DNA of 63,535 bases, filler included, from Octopus bimaculoides (GCF_001194135.2; 8 parts of 7 records of this genome joined end to end with filler, not necessarily neighbours in it); one strand, 5' to 3'; numbered from the whole stretch's first letter, positions 25,861-39,786 are shown. Numbers and translations are program-made. Notes: generated from the letters alone by a model not told the origin.

Positions 25861-28277
25861 TTGTCTTCCCTAACTTATTATAACTTGCACACTCTCCTTA
25901 TAAGTTACCAGGTTATTTTTTCCTATTTCTTTCTGTTTCTTATATTTTGTACTTTCCTATTCTTACACAAAATATTTCTCTAACAACCATTTTTATACAA
26001 CATATACTTTTGACAATTTGCTCTCCGTCTGTTGGATGAATTTTTTCTGCTTCTTCTTGATTGTTTATTTTAGCAAGTAGCATGTTTAACGTGTGTAGAG
26101 TAGGTCAACATTTATCAAACCAACCTTAATATATTGTAAGTATCTTTATCGATCGAAGGTAAATCTGGTACTCAAAATATATGTGATCTTGACCAGATCC
26201 GGACGCACAAGTCAGAATTACACTAAATACTGTAAAGACGTTTGTTCGATAATCAAAATCAGAGTTTGTGATGTACATGACCTAGTCAGGAACATTATCA
26301 GCATTTGCTTTAAGCCTAAATGCAAATCTCGCCTTCATTTCATAATCTTAACCTTCTTCTTTATATCACTGAGCGCATATCTTCCGACACCTTTAAGTTT
26401 AATTTATCCAGCGTAATATCTACAAATAAATTGAAAGCTATCGATTGATTGCGTGATTCAAATAAATTCTTTTGTCCACCAACCGTATAAATACAGGTAG
26501 CTTGTTTCGATTGGTTTATTTGCTAAGATCGGTAGATAGAAGTAGACATTGATCAAAGAACTAACGAAGCTGATGGTAAAGCTGATAATTTATTTATCGT
26601 CTAAACTGTAAAGGATTCTGACAAGAAGAAAGAAAAAAAAGACATAATACCCCAAGTTTATGAGCGTGTTTAAGAAAGGTGAAATAAGCTTCTATAGTTA
26701 GAGGGAAAGTTAGTTAAAGTTGCTCGCTTATCCTTACAAGGGTAGAATAAATCTGACGATTTAAGAACATATCTTTTTCGAAAAGAATTGTCCTTACTTT
26801 GTTCTTAAATTGTCAGAACCACGATAAAAGAAATACAAAATAATCTAGTTTATGGAAACTGGAAGAAAGAAACATTGAAAGGCAGAAGATACTGATTCTA
26901 GTGAGACATTTCTGGTTGGTTGAATTTCAACTGAAATTTAAGTATACTTAGCAAGTCTGTAGCAGTCATGAATATTAAAGGTAAGTAAATTAATGAATGG
27001 AAAGAGAGATAATTTAAATTGTTTTGTTGTCATGGAACATACGCTGATTTGTGCTTCGTTACATTAGATTTACCATTATCATTCCCCATTTCCAAAGAGA
27101 ATGAAGTGGGGACGCAGGGTTTCTAACAGTCATGGTTCGACCGATAAAATATCTGTAGCATTTAGTAACGTACATATACATTCTTATTTCATATCAGATA
27201 TTCCAGTTCATCCATCTGTGTGCTATGCAACTTGTGTCTAAGATAGAAATCAGAGGGCAGTAAATGAGGGAGTCAGTCATTCGCTCGAACTAAATGCTAG
27301 TATGTATTGTCTATTCGACTTTCCTTTCTAATTTAATGAGATGATAATAAAAGCTCAAGTAATACACAGAAATTCGATCCAATCGATTATAAATTTTTAC
27401 TTTAGAAAATCGTGGCTTTGCACCTATGTAAGAAATTATTATCATTTCTAGTTAACCTGCTAAGTGAAACTCTTGATATCAATAAAAACAAGGACACAGC
27501 TTTATTGAAATAATTCATTGAAAATTGTGAAAACAGGGAGCTGATGAAAATATTTCTTCTGAAGAATGTAATACATTGTCTACATCTAGATATGAACTTC
27601 TACGACTTTGCATTTATTAATCAGTTATTTGTTTTTCTTCTTAAAATCTTGTTTCTGTTTAAACGCTTTTAAATTCTGATTCTCCTTTTTTTTTTTTTGC
27701 AAATACATTTTACTACGATTAGAAGAAAATTAGTCATCTGTACTAGGATTTGATCACAACATTGTGGACGGTCTTCACAAACACGATACACCAAATATGT
27801 TTGATTTAGCAGTTGTTTCAATATTCAGCCACAGAAACCGTGAGAGAAATCATGAAAGCAAGTAATTTTTCTCGAAGTAAAAAATACTTGTTTCCTCTGA
27901 TAATTCGTTCCATCGCATTGCATCCTTTTGGGGTCGAGAAATAAAGAATCAGTCCTGTACAGGAGTCAGTAGTTTAAAAGAGGATGACTCTTCCTGGACA
28001 CAACTATATAAGATCNNNNNNNNNNNNNNNNNNNNNNNNNNNNNNNNNNNNNNNNNNNNNNNNNNNNNNNNNNNNNNNNAGGGAATTCTTTGACCAACTG
28101 ATCTGCTTAATGTTTTATGTGTTTTGCTTTTAATTTTTTATTCTTTCCCTAAGACTTCAGATAGCTTCAGATATGGGCCTCCATATATGGACTGTAATGT
28201 CTAAAGGGCTCGCTTGCCATCGGGTAAGCTGGCAACCTGGCCAGTCCGTCTCTCTCTACCTTCCCTCTGTCTCTGCC

Positions 28278-28316
<39 letters not shown>

Positions 28317-28319
28317 GTC

Positions 28320-28363
<44 letters not shown>

Positions 28364-28768
28364 CCTCTCTCTCTCTCTCTCTGTATATATATATATAGTC
28401 CAAATACTTGAATGTATGCTGAGAGATTGTCATAGCCCGTTTGCCCTCAGATGGTTGATTTCTGTAGTTATTATCAGTGTATTTAGGCAATTTAAATAAG
28501 AGTTTTCACTGTTATTTCCAGCAGGTATATCCTTTGATTAATTTGCATGTCTTTTGTATTTCCTTTGATTAATTTCTTAGTATGTCCTTTGATTAATTTC
28601 AATCCTTCAGCTATTTAATGCTTTTGTTTTGGCCTGCAATCGCCTGTATTATTGATTCTGATATTATCATTTTTAATTGTTACACTAGATAATAATAGAG
28701 TCAATGATATCTTCGCAAATATTTTTCTTCTGAATTATTTGCTCCGTATTGAAATTATATATATACGT

Positions 28769-28842
<74 letters not shown>

Positions 28843-28872
28843 ATGCATGTGTGTATGTGTGTGTGTGTGTAT

Positions 28873-29037
28873 TTATAAAAAGAAGTTTGAAAATGCCACT
28901 ATATATGATAAATTTTAATTTTCTTATAGATATTTTACATGTTTTGGTTTGTGAAAAAACAAAACTTATCAAAAATGTAATTAAAAGAAAAGTTCATAAT
29001 TGTTTCTTACTGGTGTCAACAGACTGACCAACACGGT

Positions 29038-29103
<66 letters not shown>

Positions 29104-29340
29104 AGCCAACGATTCAAGTCAACGCACAAGACAGCCATTATGTCCCCACACATAAAACTTTTCCACGTGGACTCTGTTGACACCAGTAAGAAACAATTAT
29201 GAACTTTTCTTTTAATTACATTTTTTAAAATATGTATTTTTGATTAGGTTCGTTTTTTCAAGAACCGAAACATGTAAAATATCTCTGAGAAAATTAAAAT
29301 TCATCTTATATAGTGGCGTTTTCAAACTTCTTTTTTATAA
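28873..29340. mobile_element. Foldback/MITE-like palindrome with central (CTA)n
   Basis: Arms 28873-29023 and 29173-29340 are reverse complements, with the inner ~49 bp perfect; (TAC)n at ~29039-29103. Confidence 0.85.
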
Positions 29341-29466
29341 GTATATACCCACTCGTATGTCACCTANNNNNNNNNNNNNNNNNNNNNNNNNNNNNNNNNN
29401 NNNNNNNNNNTTAATTAATTAANNNNNNNNNNNNNNNNNNNNNNNNNNNNNNNNNNNNNNNNNNNN

Positions 29467-29509
<43 letters not shown>

Positions 29510-29746
29510 AACACACATCTTAATGTAGATATCTTAGTAGAACACTGAATGCTGCATTATCAGCCTTGAAAGATCCTCTTGTATAGGTGTATGGTGCATA
29601 AAAATACACTCATAGATCGTGACAGATGAGAATTGTTTGTCATGGGCATCAGAACTCCTATATCACATGATTTCAATCTACTGAACATCATCAGTGGGAG
29701 GCATCCAGTCACTGCATGACAGTCAAATATTGTTGGCGTGATATAT

Positions 29747-29920
29747 AAAGGTTGGCAACAGGAAGGGCATCCAGCTACTGAAAATCTGCCTCATCAAATT
29801 CTGTCTAACTGATGAAAGCATGGAAAAGCTGATATTAAAAAAAAATGATGATGGTAATGATGACAATGACAACGATGATGATGATGATGATGATGATGAC
29901 AACGATGACAATGATGATGC
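29747..29920 (+). mobile_element. RTE-type 3' tail fragment with (GAT)n
   Basis: ttggcaacaggaagggcatccagct...agcatggaaaag...(gat)n matches the reverse complement of the RTE tail at 30290. Confidence 0.75.
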
Positions 29921-30289
29921 ATGACTTCTGATATGTATTCAAATTTTCATTTGATGATCAGTCATAGTAGATTTATGCAGCTTCCCTGGTCATCAGTCAC
30001 AGAATACTTCCTGAGAGGCTCCTTTTCAACTCTCACTATTTTATCTATTTGATGCACAAAGACTTAATCTTTGAATGCAGATCAGATCAGTAATTGTTGT
30101 CAAAGGTTGTCTGAATCAATGCTGACTTTCTACCATCTTGCATTTTGCTTTAAATGAAAGCAATCTATATAACTGTTGAAGTGGAAATTTCTAGTATATT
30201 TTATTAATTCATATCAGGTCATCTAATATCTAATTGACTAACCAGAATGGTTGTATGAGAACTGATACAGAAATAAAACATTATAAATA

Positions 30290-31135
30290 TCATCATCATC
30301 ATCATCATCATCATTGTTTAACGTCTGTTTTCCATGCTGGCATGGGTTAGATGGTTTGACTGGGGACTGGCAAGCCAGGAGGCTGCACCAGGCTCCAATC
30401 TGATCTGGCAAGGTTTCTACAGCTGAATACCCTTCCTAATGCCAACCACTCCAAGAGTGTAGTGGGTGCTTTTTATGTGCCACTGGCATGGGAGCCAGTC
30501 AGGCAGCACTGGCATCAGCCACATTCAGATGATGCACTTTACATGTTACCAGTCCAACATTTGAAGGCCGTGCTTCACCACCTCATCCCATGTCTTCCTA
30601 GGTCTCCCTCTTCCACAGGTTCCTTCCACTGTTCGGGAGTGACACTTCTTCACACAGCTCTCCTCATCCATTCATAGCACATGACTATACCAGCACAGTC
30701 GTCTCTTGCACATCACATCTGATGCTTCTTATGTCCAACTTTTTTCTCAGGGCGCTTACTGACATTACACATCCAGTGGATCATACTAGCTTCATTTCTT
30801 TCAAGCCTACATATGTCCTCAACAGTCATGGCTCGTGTTTCACTGCCATGTAGCATGGCAGTATGCACACATGCATCATACAGTCTACCTTTCACTCTGA
30901 GCGAGAGGCCCATTGTCACCAGCAGAAGTAGGAGCTTTCTGAACTTTGCCCAGGCTATTCTTATTCTAGTGGCAACACTCTCAGAGCATCCACCCCAACA
31001 ACAGACTTGGTCCATTCAGCTGGTGAGAATGACTTATCCTGCAACAGACAGGCTTCCTGTCCAGGGAGAAATATATATGCCACATAATCTGGGAAATTGG
31101 CCTTATAAGCTGATGGTTCAGGAAGGACCTTCCAT
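30290..31135 (-). pseudogene. RTE-clade LINE, 5'-truncated (post-RT region and 3' UTR)
   Basis: GGCSESVATRIRIAWAKFRKLL...KGRLYDACVHTAMLHGSETR...RLERNE and GRGRPRKTW; (GAT)n tail. Confidence 0.92.
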
Positions 31136-31173
<38 letters not shown>

Positions 31174-31295
31174 NNNNNNNNNNGACAGAAAAAAAACAAC
31201 AAATAGAGAGACAAGAAAAAACTAGGATGGGTCATCCGTAGATTCTCTCCTCAGTCAAGTTTCCAGATTGTCCTTACATTTTCAGATATATATAT

Positions 31296-31640
31296 CATCA
31301 TCATCATCATCATTGTCATCTTTTAACGTCCGCTTTCCATGCTGGCATGGGTTGGACGGTTTGACTGAGGATTGGCAAGCCAGAAGGCTGCACCAGGCTC
31401 CAATCTGAATGGCAAGGTTTCTACAGCTGGATGCACTTCCTAACGCCACCCACTCTGAGAGTGTAATGGGTGCTTTTTACATGCCAGCAGCAGAGGAGCC
31501 AGTCATGCAGCACTAGCAACGACCACATACGAATGATGCCTTTTACGTGCCAGGGTTACAGGACTAATCAGGCGGCACTGGAATTGACCACACTCAAATG
31601 GAGCTTTTTACATGCCACCAGCACGGGTGCCAGTCAGGTT
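31296..31640 (-). mobile_element. Second RTE 3' UTR copy
   Basis: High similarity to 30290-30500; (CAT)n tail on the left. Confidence 0.88.
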
Positions 31641-31715
31641 GTTCCTATATGTATGTACGTATCTCTATATATGTATATATATGTGTATGTATGTATATAT
31701 GTATGTATATGTCTG

Positions 31716-31748
<33 letters not shown>

Positions 31749-31751
31749 CTG

Positions 31752-31790
<39 letters not shown>

Positions 31791-32298
31791 AATAATAATA
31801 AATGAGGCAAAACGCATATAATCAATAAGTTCCTTTAATTCCTACATGTGTTTCAAAATATATGTGCGCTCTACTCCAAAGAAGTAAGAGGTGCTGGAAT
31901 TGCACATAAATTCATCGTCAGGGAACCAACTTGCAAGAGCAAGACTTGCGCTAAATGCTAAGGTTGCGTACGAATCTTAACATTATATAGTTAAGTAAAT
32001 GACCATTAGAAACAAGAACGCTGGTTTGCAGGGACCTATTAAGGGAGAGAGTCTAAGAATGCTATACTAAAAGTTTGAATTAGAGGAAGGCATAATGGAC
32101 CACAGTAAAATCCAAAAATCTAAATTTCAAAAAGATGGCAAACTAAAAACCAGAAAAGGAGGAAGGGAGAGAATCCAATGAATTCAACATTATTATTACT
32201 CCTTATGTAAACAAACTTACATACTGAGGTAAAACTGAGGAAAGATTGTAAATATAATAAATTAAACATCCATAACATTGTATTAAACATCCATAGCA

Positions 32299-33279
32299 TT
32301 GATACAAGACCTGCACTCCAACTCTAAACCGTTCGGAGGTGTCATTATTCTCCTTGCTGGGGTCTTTTGTCAAACCCTTCCTATTATCCCAAAAGGCACA
32401 CCAGCTGATGAATTAAACACTTGCCTTAAAAATTCTCATCTTTGCTGCTCTGTCCAGTCAAGAATGTTAACCATAAACATGCATTCCATCTCCACCAACA
32501 AGACAATGACAAATGCTTCCAAGTTATTGGATGTCAGTAATGGGAGCTTACCACTTGATGTAAACTGTTTGGTTGACATAAGTACCATCGGTAACTATGT
32601 CTCCAGCCCTGAGGAGCTATGCACAGCAGTTTACCCCAACCTCTCTACTAATTACATCAGTCATGAATGGATGTGTGAAAGAGCAATCTTAGCTCCAACA
32701 AATGCCACTGCCCAAGCCCTAAACACATGTCTGCTTTGCCAACTTCCTACTCAAGAGTGATGTTATGCTTCAGCTGATTCAGTTACTGATCCAACACAAG
32801 TAACATTCTTCCCAACAGAGTTTTTAAGCTGACAAGAACCATTGGGATTGCCACTGCATAAACTTAGCCTTAAACTTGGTTGTCCTATTATACTCTTGAG
32901 GAATTTGGAGCCTCCTCAGCTTTGCAATGGCACACATTTGGCTGTTAAGCAAATGTTGGATAACGCTCTCGAAGCCACAATCATCACAGGAAGAGGCATT
33001 GACAAGTCTGCTTTTATTCCCCGAGTTCCACTTATTCCAACTGACTGTGTCTTTGCGATGAAAAGAGTCCAGTTCCCCATTCGATTAAGCTTTGCAATGA
33101 CCATTAACAAAGCCCAAGGTCAGTCACTATAAGTGGTTGGGCTGGACCTCAATACACCATGCTTTTCACACGGACACCTGTACGTGGAGTGTTCCAGAGT
33201 TGGAAACTTGGCCAATCTCTTCTACTACACTCCCAAAAGATTGACAAAAAATGTGGTTTACAAGGCAGCCCTCCAATAG
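32299..33279 (+). pseudogene. Helitron Rep/Hel C-terminal PIF1-family helicase fragment
   Basis: PFGGVIILLAGVFCQTLP, ERAILAPTN, LLRNLEPPQLCNGTHL, QFPIRLSFAMTINKAQGQSL, FSHGHLYVECSRV, TKNVVYK; single frame with 3 internal stops (32758, 32830, 33130). Confidence 0.95.
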
Positions 33280-35313
33280 TTTTTCTGTTGAGTTGAAATC
33301 CACTTCAGGTTGGCCCTTATTGCACTTATTTACTCCTCACGATAGGTTATGTTAATCTTCCAACAAATGCCCATTGTTAAAGTCAAGCATTTTTTCATTT
33401 CAATGCACAGCTTCCCAGAAGCCTCAGATAATTTCATATTACAATTAAACATATTTCTTACAGATTGCCTTCATGTTCATNNNNNNNNNNNNNNNNNNNN
33501 NNNNNNNNNNNNNNNNNNNNNNNNNNNNNNNNNNNNNNNNNNNNNNNNNNNNNNNNNNNNNNNNNNNNNNNNNNNNNNNNNNNNNNNNNNNNNNNNNNNN
33601 NNNNNNNNNNNNNNNNNNNNNNNNNNNNNNNNNNNNNNNNNNNNNNNNNNNNNNNNNNNNNNNNNNNNNNNNNNNNNNNNNNNNNNNNNNNNNNNNNNNN
33701 NNNNNNNNNNNNNNNNNNNNNNNNNNNNNNNNNNNNNNNNNNNNNNNNNNNNNNNNNNNNNNNNNNNNNNNNNNNNNNNNNNNNNNNNNNNNNNNNNNNN
33801 NNNNNNNNNNNNNNNNNNNNNNNNNNNNNNNNNNNNNNNNNNNNNNNNNNNNNNNNNNNNNNNNNNNNNNNNNNNNNNNNNNNNNNNNNNNNNNNNNNNN
33901 NNNNNNNNNNNNNNNNNNNNNNNNNNNNNNNNNNNNNNNNNNNNNNNNNNNNNNNNNNNNNNNNNNNNNNNNNNNNNNNNNNNNNNNNNNNNNNNNNNNN
34001 NNNNNNNNNNNNNNNNNNNNNNNNNNNNNNNNNNNNNNNNNNNNNNNNNNNNNNNNNNNNNNNNNNNNNNNNNNNNNNNNNNNNNNNNNNNNNNNNNNNN
34101 NNNNNNNNNNNNNNNNNNNNNNNNNNNNNNNNNNNNNNNNNNNNNNNAGAAAGAGATAATTAGAAAGAACTTTATATCTAAATTCATATTAGTCTGGATA
34201 TCAAGTATGTGTGTGTGTGTATTTTTGATATCAAGTATGTGTGTGTGTGTGTGTGTGAGTAAATGTCTCTGTGTGTACATACATACATTATATGCACGTG
34301 TATATGTGTGCATGCATATATATAAATATATACATATAGATACATATACGAATACATGCATATGCACCCACATATATATATATTATACACACACACACAC
34401 ACATATATCTATTATACATAGAGACTGAGACATGGATACTCCTGTATCATGTAACCATTTATTATTTATATAGCTAATGTTTATATGTCCCTACATCAGT
34501 ATATCTATCTATCTATCTATCTGTCTGTCTGTCTGTCTATTTATCTCTCTATTTATCTATCTATCTATCTATTTTATCTATCAATGATAAACAGCTTACT
34601 ATAAATTAATGGCTACTTCTTTTTCTCACAAAGTCTCAGATTACCATCTGTTTTGATATTTATTACATGATGTCATCCCAACAAACAATCCATAATTTGT
34701 CTCCACACATTCTGATAAGTTCTACATTGGTTTGTCCCAAACAAAAATGCTCGACAAGGTATTCATTTTATCTAGTTTCAGCTCATGAGCTGTGGCCATG
34801 CTAGGGCATGAGATAGAAAATTTCTTAACTTTGGCCAAATTGAATAAGTACTAATGTACTACAAAAACATATTCTCAAAATTTAAAATCTCAATTATTTA
34901 ATATATTAATGAACTCCAATAGCCATACCAGATAGGATATTGTTTAAAATTAGCTAAAGCAAAAGTCCAAAGTCCAGAGTTTAAAGTGTAATTAGTCTTG
35001 GCAAATGAATGTTTCTAATTTTAATATCCACAATAACCATTCCTGTTGTTAGGGAAGATTTGACTTCCAAGCCTCATAACAGCTGCTAATGGTAATAAAC
35101 AGCCAATGTGTGTGAAGGAGTAGAAAAAGTATCTAAGCCTTATAAGAGAGAATTTTTTCTCTGCTGGTATCTTGATTAAGCATAGGCAATGTATACTGAT
35201 GTTTAGGTTGGTTGATATTGTTTAACCTGAGCCAGTCCTTGAACAGATGTATAAGCAAAGATATTGAAACCATGGGCCATTATGTTTTCTTAGAGATAGT
35301 GTTATTCAATTGT

Positions 35314-35499
35314 GTGAAGGCATGTGGCTAATTGGTTAGGGGCATTCAGCTCATGACTGTAACACTGTGAGTTCAATTCCTGGCAGTGTATTGTGTTCTT
35401 GAGCAAGACACTTTATTTCTCCAATCCACTCAGCTGGCAAAATTAGTTGTACCAGTAATTCAAAGAGCCAGCCTTGTCACATTCTGTGTCATGCTGAAT
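35314..35499 (+). mobile_element. tRNA-derived SINE related to family C
   Basis: gtggctaattggttagg and gagttcaattcc boxes; 3' end shared with 18103. Confidence 0.75.
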
Positions 35500-35569
35500 A
35501 TAATAATAATAATAATGAAATTACTGTGTATAGTGCTCAGGTACACTACAACTCATCAAAGGTGCATGT

Positions 35570-36400
35570 ATAGTACATAGAATTATGTACAAAAGTCAGG
35601 ACAATAGTTGACAGGTGACATGCGGTCACCCTTTTTGAGCAGAGGAATGACACTTGCAGTTTTCCACTGCTCCAGAGTAGCACCCTTATTAAGACAGAAC
35701 TAAAAGAAGAGTGAAAACTGGTGCAGAAGAAAGTACCCACCACATTTGAGAAGCAGGTACATAACACCATCAAGACCAGGAGAGGCATAATTATGCTTAT
35801 TCTTAAGGTGACATTGCAGCATTGCAGGTGTAAATTCCATAGTTGTAATGGAATTTGATGTCAGAGGTGGTGGAGATGGAACATTTTGGTTTTCAACAGT
35901 AAAAATGCCTGCATAGCAGTCAGCAATGAGTTTTGTGCATTCTTTGGGATCATCAGTAATCTCTCTTATGTGGGGATTGTGAAGAGGACCAACTGGAAAG
36001 TGAGGTCTCTGCTTTGAATGTACATATTTCCAGAACACCTTACTGTCAAGGTTGGTTGTTATGCCCTGCTCAAATTCAAGTACTGCCCTTTGTGTTACCT
36101 GATTGAGATGGTTGGATGATTTATTGTGCTTTTTCCTTTTTATATCTAATTTATGCAGTTTGTATTCCCATTCAGCATTACGACGTTCTTTCCTGGCAAG
36201 TCTGACTGCTGTAGTCTCCCAAGGTGCACTTTTGAGATGTTTTTTGTGCTTACCTGGTACTGATGCTGCACATGCTGTCCATATTGAGTTCAAGATGTTC
36301 TGAAGTATAGTGTTCATATCTCCAGAGTCATAAAATTCCAGCCTGTTTGGGCATTGTAGTTCAGTGCAGTACAAGTTCTACTCCCTGACAACTACATTAA
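35570..36400 (-). pseudogene. CR1/Jockey-type LINE ORF2, linker and start of RT
   Basis: ORF 35700..36374 contains FWKYVHSK and SPGLDGV; after a frameshift it continues WKTASVIPLLKKGDRMSPVNYCP. Confidence 0.9.
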
Positions 36401-36701
36401 CAGTATGCAATGTCTGTGGAGAACTCAACCACTTGCACATTAATTTCACAAGCAAACTGTTCCATTGATTGGATCAACTGGAACATTTGTCATTGTAACT
36501 GATGGAGTGCCAGTTTATCTAATTGTACCTTGTACTTATTTGAAACAGTGGTGACAAGAAAAGTTATGAAAGGTTGCTACAAACAACAAAGTAAATTGAA
36601 AAAACAGCACAAGAGATGTCAGTCGCTGGTGGTGAATGCATTCAGGATGAAGACAGATTGAAAGTTGATGCTTTCAAATAGATCCAGTACATGTTTAATG
36701 C

Positions 36702-36750
<49 letters not shown>

Positions 36751-36764
36751 CATATATACATTCT

Positions 36765-36930
36765 ATCTTTTACTTGTTTCAGTCATTAAACTGTGGCCAC
36801 ACTAGGGCACTGCCTTGAAGAATTTTCCGTCAAATGGATCAACCCCAGAACTTATGTTTTAAGCCTGGTAATTATTCTGTCAGTGTCTAATGCCAAACTG
36901 CTAAGAAACAGGAATACATACACACCAACA
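36765..36930 (-). mobile_element. SINE family A, 3' part
   Basis: cttttacttgtttcagtcatt...gtggccacactagggcactgccttg matches the family A tail. Confidence 0.75.
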
Positions 36931-37090
36931 CNNNNNNNNNNNNNNNNNNNNNNNNNNNNNNNNNNNNNNNNNNNNTTAATTAATTAANNNNNNNNNNNNN
37001 NNNNNNNNNNNNNNNNNNNNNNNNNNNNNNNTATATATACATACATACATAAACATACACACACATATATATATATACACACACACACAT

Positions 37091-37375
37091 AAAACTTTGT
37101 CAGTGGATTTGGTAGACGGAAACTGAAAGAAGCCCGACGTATATTTATATACATATGTATGTGTGTGCGTTTGTGTTTGTCCACCTGCCATCACTTGACA
37201 ACCGGTGTTTGTGTGTTTACGCCCCCGTAAGCTAGTGAATCGGCAAGAGAGACCGATAGAATAAGTACTAGGCTTAAGAAATAAGTCCTGGGGTCGATTT
37301 GTTCGACTAAACAAACCTTCAAGGCAGTGCTGCAGCATGGCCGCAGTCATATAACTGAAACAAGTCAAAAGAATA
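37091..37375 (+). mobile_element. SINE family A lacking tRNA head
   Basis: ggatttggtagacggaaactgaaagaagcccg, microsatellite, then 3' half. Confidence 0.88.
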
Positions 37376-39786
37376 AAAAAAAGAGATAAAGAAGAATGAG
37401 CGGGAACTCCAGAGAATCGACGTCCTGGGAAGGAAGGATAATACTTGCCATGGAGTGGGCTATTACGGATTAATAGGTTATTAATTTTGTCACGAGGGTC
37501 GTTGCCGTTGCAGCTTGACATTTCATGAAGGACAAGGAAGAGCAGAGACAGAGCAGAGCGTTGTGATCAGCGCCGAAAAAAGCTATTATTATTCGAGAGC
37601 ATCATTGGTACATGGCACCGTCACCAGAGGGGGCGACGGTATAGGGAAGTGCCAAAATCAGAAGAGAAAGAAGAGAATGTCCCGTTACTTAGGATGTATC
37701 TAGACGATTGCATTCCTCATAACTTGTGAGTGTCTGCGTGTGAGTGCTTGTATGTGCGTGTGTTCGTGTGTGTATGTGTTTATGTGTGTTTGTGTGTGTG
37801 CGCGCGTATGTGTTTGTGTATGTGTTTGTGTGTGTGTGTCTATGTATATGTGTGTATGTATTTATGTTTGTGTGTGTGTTTGTGTGCGTGTGCATGTGTT
37901 TATGTGTGTGTTTGTGTGTGCGTGTGCGTGTGTGCGCGCGTTTGTGTATGTGTTTGTGTGTGTTTGTGTGTGTGTGTGTGTCTATGTTCCTGTATGTATG
38001 TGTTTATGCATTTGTGTGTGTGTTTGTGTAGGTGTGTNNNNNNNNNNNNNNNNNNNNNNNNNNNNNNNNNNNNNNNNNNNNNNNNNNNNNNNNNNNNNNN
38101 NNNNNNNNNNNNNNNNNNNNNNNNNNNNNNNNNNNNNNNNNNNNNNNNNNNNNNNNNNNNNNNNNNNNNNNNNNNNNNNNNNNNNNNNNNNNNNNNNNNN
38201 NNNNNNNNNNNNNNNNNNNNNNNNNNNNNNNNNNNNNNNNNNNNNNNNNNNNNNNNNNNNNNNNNNNNNNNNNNNNNNNNNNNNNNNNNNNNNNNNNNNN
38301 NNNNNNNNNNNNNNNNNNNNNNNNNNNNNNNNNNNNNNNNNNNNNNNNNNNNNNNNNNNNNNNNNNNNNNNNNNNNNNNNNNNNNNNNNNNNNNNNNNNN
38401 NNNNNNNNNNNNNNNNNNNNNNNNNNNNNNNNNNNNNNNNNNNNNNNNNNNNNNNNNNNNNNNNNNNNNNNNNNNNNNNNNNNNNNNNNNNNNNNNNNNN
38501 NNNNNNNNNNNNNNNNNNNNNNNNNNNNNNNNNNNNNNNNNNNNNNNNNNNNNNNNNNNNNNNAAACAAGGACGAAAAAAAAAAGAAACGGAGAAATGGT
38601 ACACAAATACAAATAACAGGACATTAACAACGGGTGTCTTTCAACTAAGGACGAATTAAATTAAGGTGGCGTGTGTGGAAGTAAAGCCTTACGGCAGGAA
38701 TATAAGATTTAACAGACACAGGGAGGAATATAGATGTTGCACGGATGGTAGTCGAACCAAGAAAGAAAGGTTAGGCTTGGCCGAACACCGGTCACTTGCG
38801 GAAAGAAGAGAGAGAGGTAGAGGTAGAGGGATAGAAGAATTTGGGAGTGTCGAGAAAAAAATGAAAGGGACAGAGTGGAGGAAAGGTGGGCATGAAGAGA
38901 AGGCCAGGAAATGTGAGGGAGGGGAAACGACCGCATATAGACAGTCCTTCATTGCTTCTTACTTCTTGCCAGACATAATCCAGTATACTTCCCTTTCATT
39001 TGAGGGAAATTTAGTTGCTGTTTCTTGTAGGTGCGACCGCGTAAAGGTACACTTCTTCATTGGTTTATGCTCCATGCGCAACATTATCCAATGTCCTTCC
39101 TCGGTTTCATTTGAAGGCAAACCTAGCTGTTATTTCTAATATGACGAGAGACCAGGCAGGAGTAACCTTGCTAACTCGTAAAAACCGATTAAAGTACGTA
39201 TGTGTGTGCGTGCGTGAGTGCGTGCGCGCGTGCGTGCGTGTTGAGATGGTGTGTTGTTGGTTTCCTTGTTTACGCTAAGATCAGTATCTGTATATACACT
39301 CACCATAGCCATAAGAATACTATCTTTCTACAATATCTCTGCAACCAACCCCATTTTTGTTTGTAGATCAGTCTGATTTTCTGATTTCATAAACATGCCT
39401 ACGTAGGTAGATAGATAGATACACTTATATATATATATATATATNNNNNNNNNNNNNNNNNNNNNNNNNNNNNNNNNNNNNNNNNNNNNNNNNNNNNNNN
39501 NNNNNNNNNNNNNNNNNNNNNNNNNNNNNNNNNNNNNNNNNNNNNNNNNNNNNNNNNNNNNNNNNNNNNNNNNNNNNNNNNNNNNNNNNNNNNNNNNNNN
39601 NNNNNNNNNNNNNNNNNNNNNNNNNNNNNNNNNNNNNNNNNNNNNNNNNNNNNNNNNNNNNNNNNNNNNNNNNNNNNNNNNNNNNNNNNNNNNNNNNNNN
39701 NNNNNNNNNNNNNNNNNNNNNNNNNNNNNNNNNNNNNNNNNNNNNNNNNNNNNNNNNNNNNNNNNNNNNNNNNNNNNNNNNNNNNN

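Noticed and set aside
26480-27865. Plus-strand mini-gene: TATAAATA at ~26487, ATGAATATTAAAG|gtaagt at ~26967-26985, and a phase-compatible frame GFDHNIVDGLHKHDTP... at ~27745
   Set aside because: Motifs are plausible, but the product is short, has no recognisable homology, and such sites are common in AT-rich DNA; needs RNA evidence.
32299-33279. Host PIF1 helicase gene
   Set aside because: Intronless, three in-frame stops, damaged motifs and a Helitron-type C-terminus.
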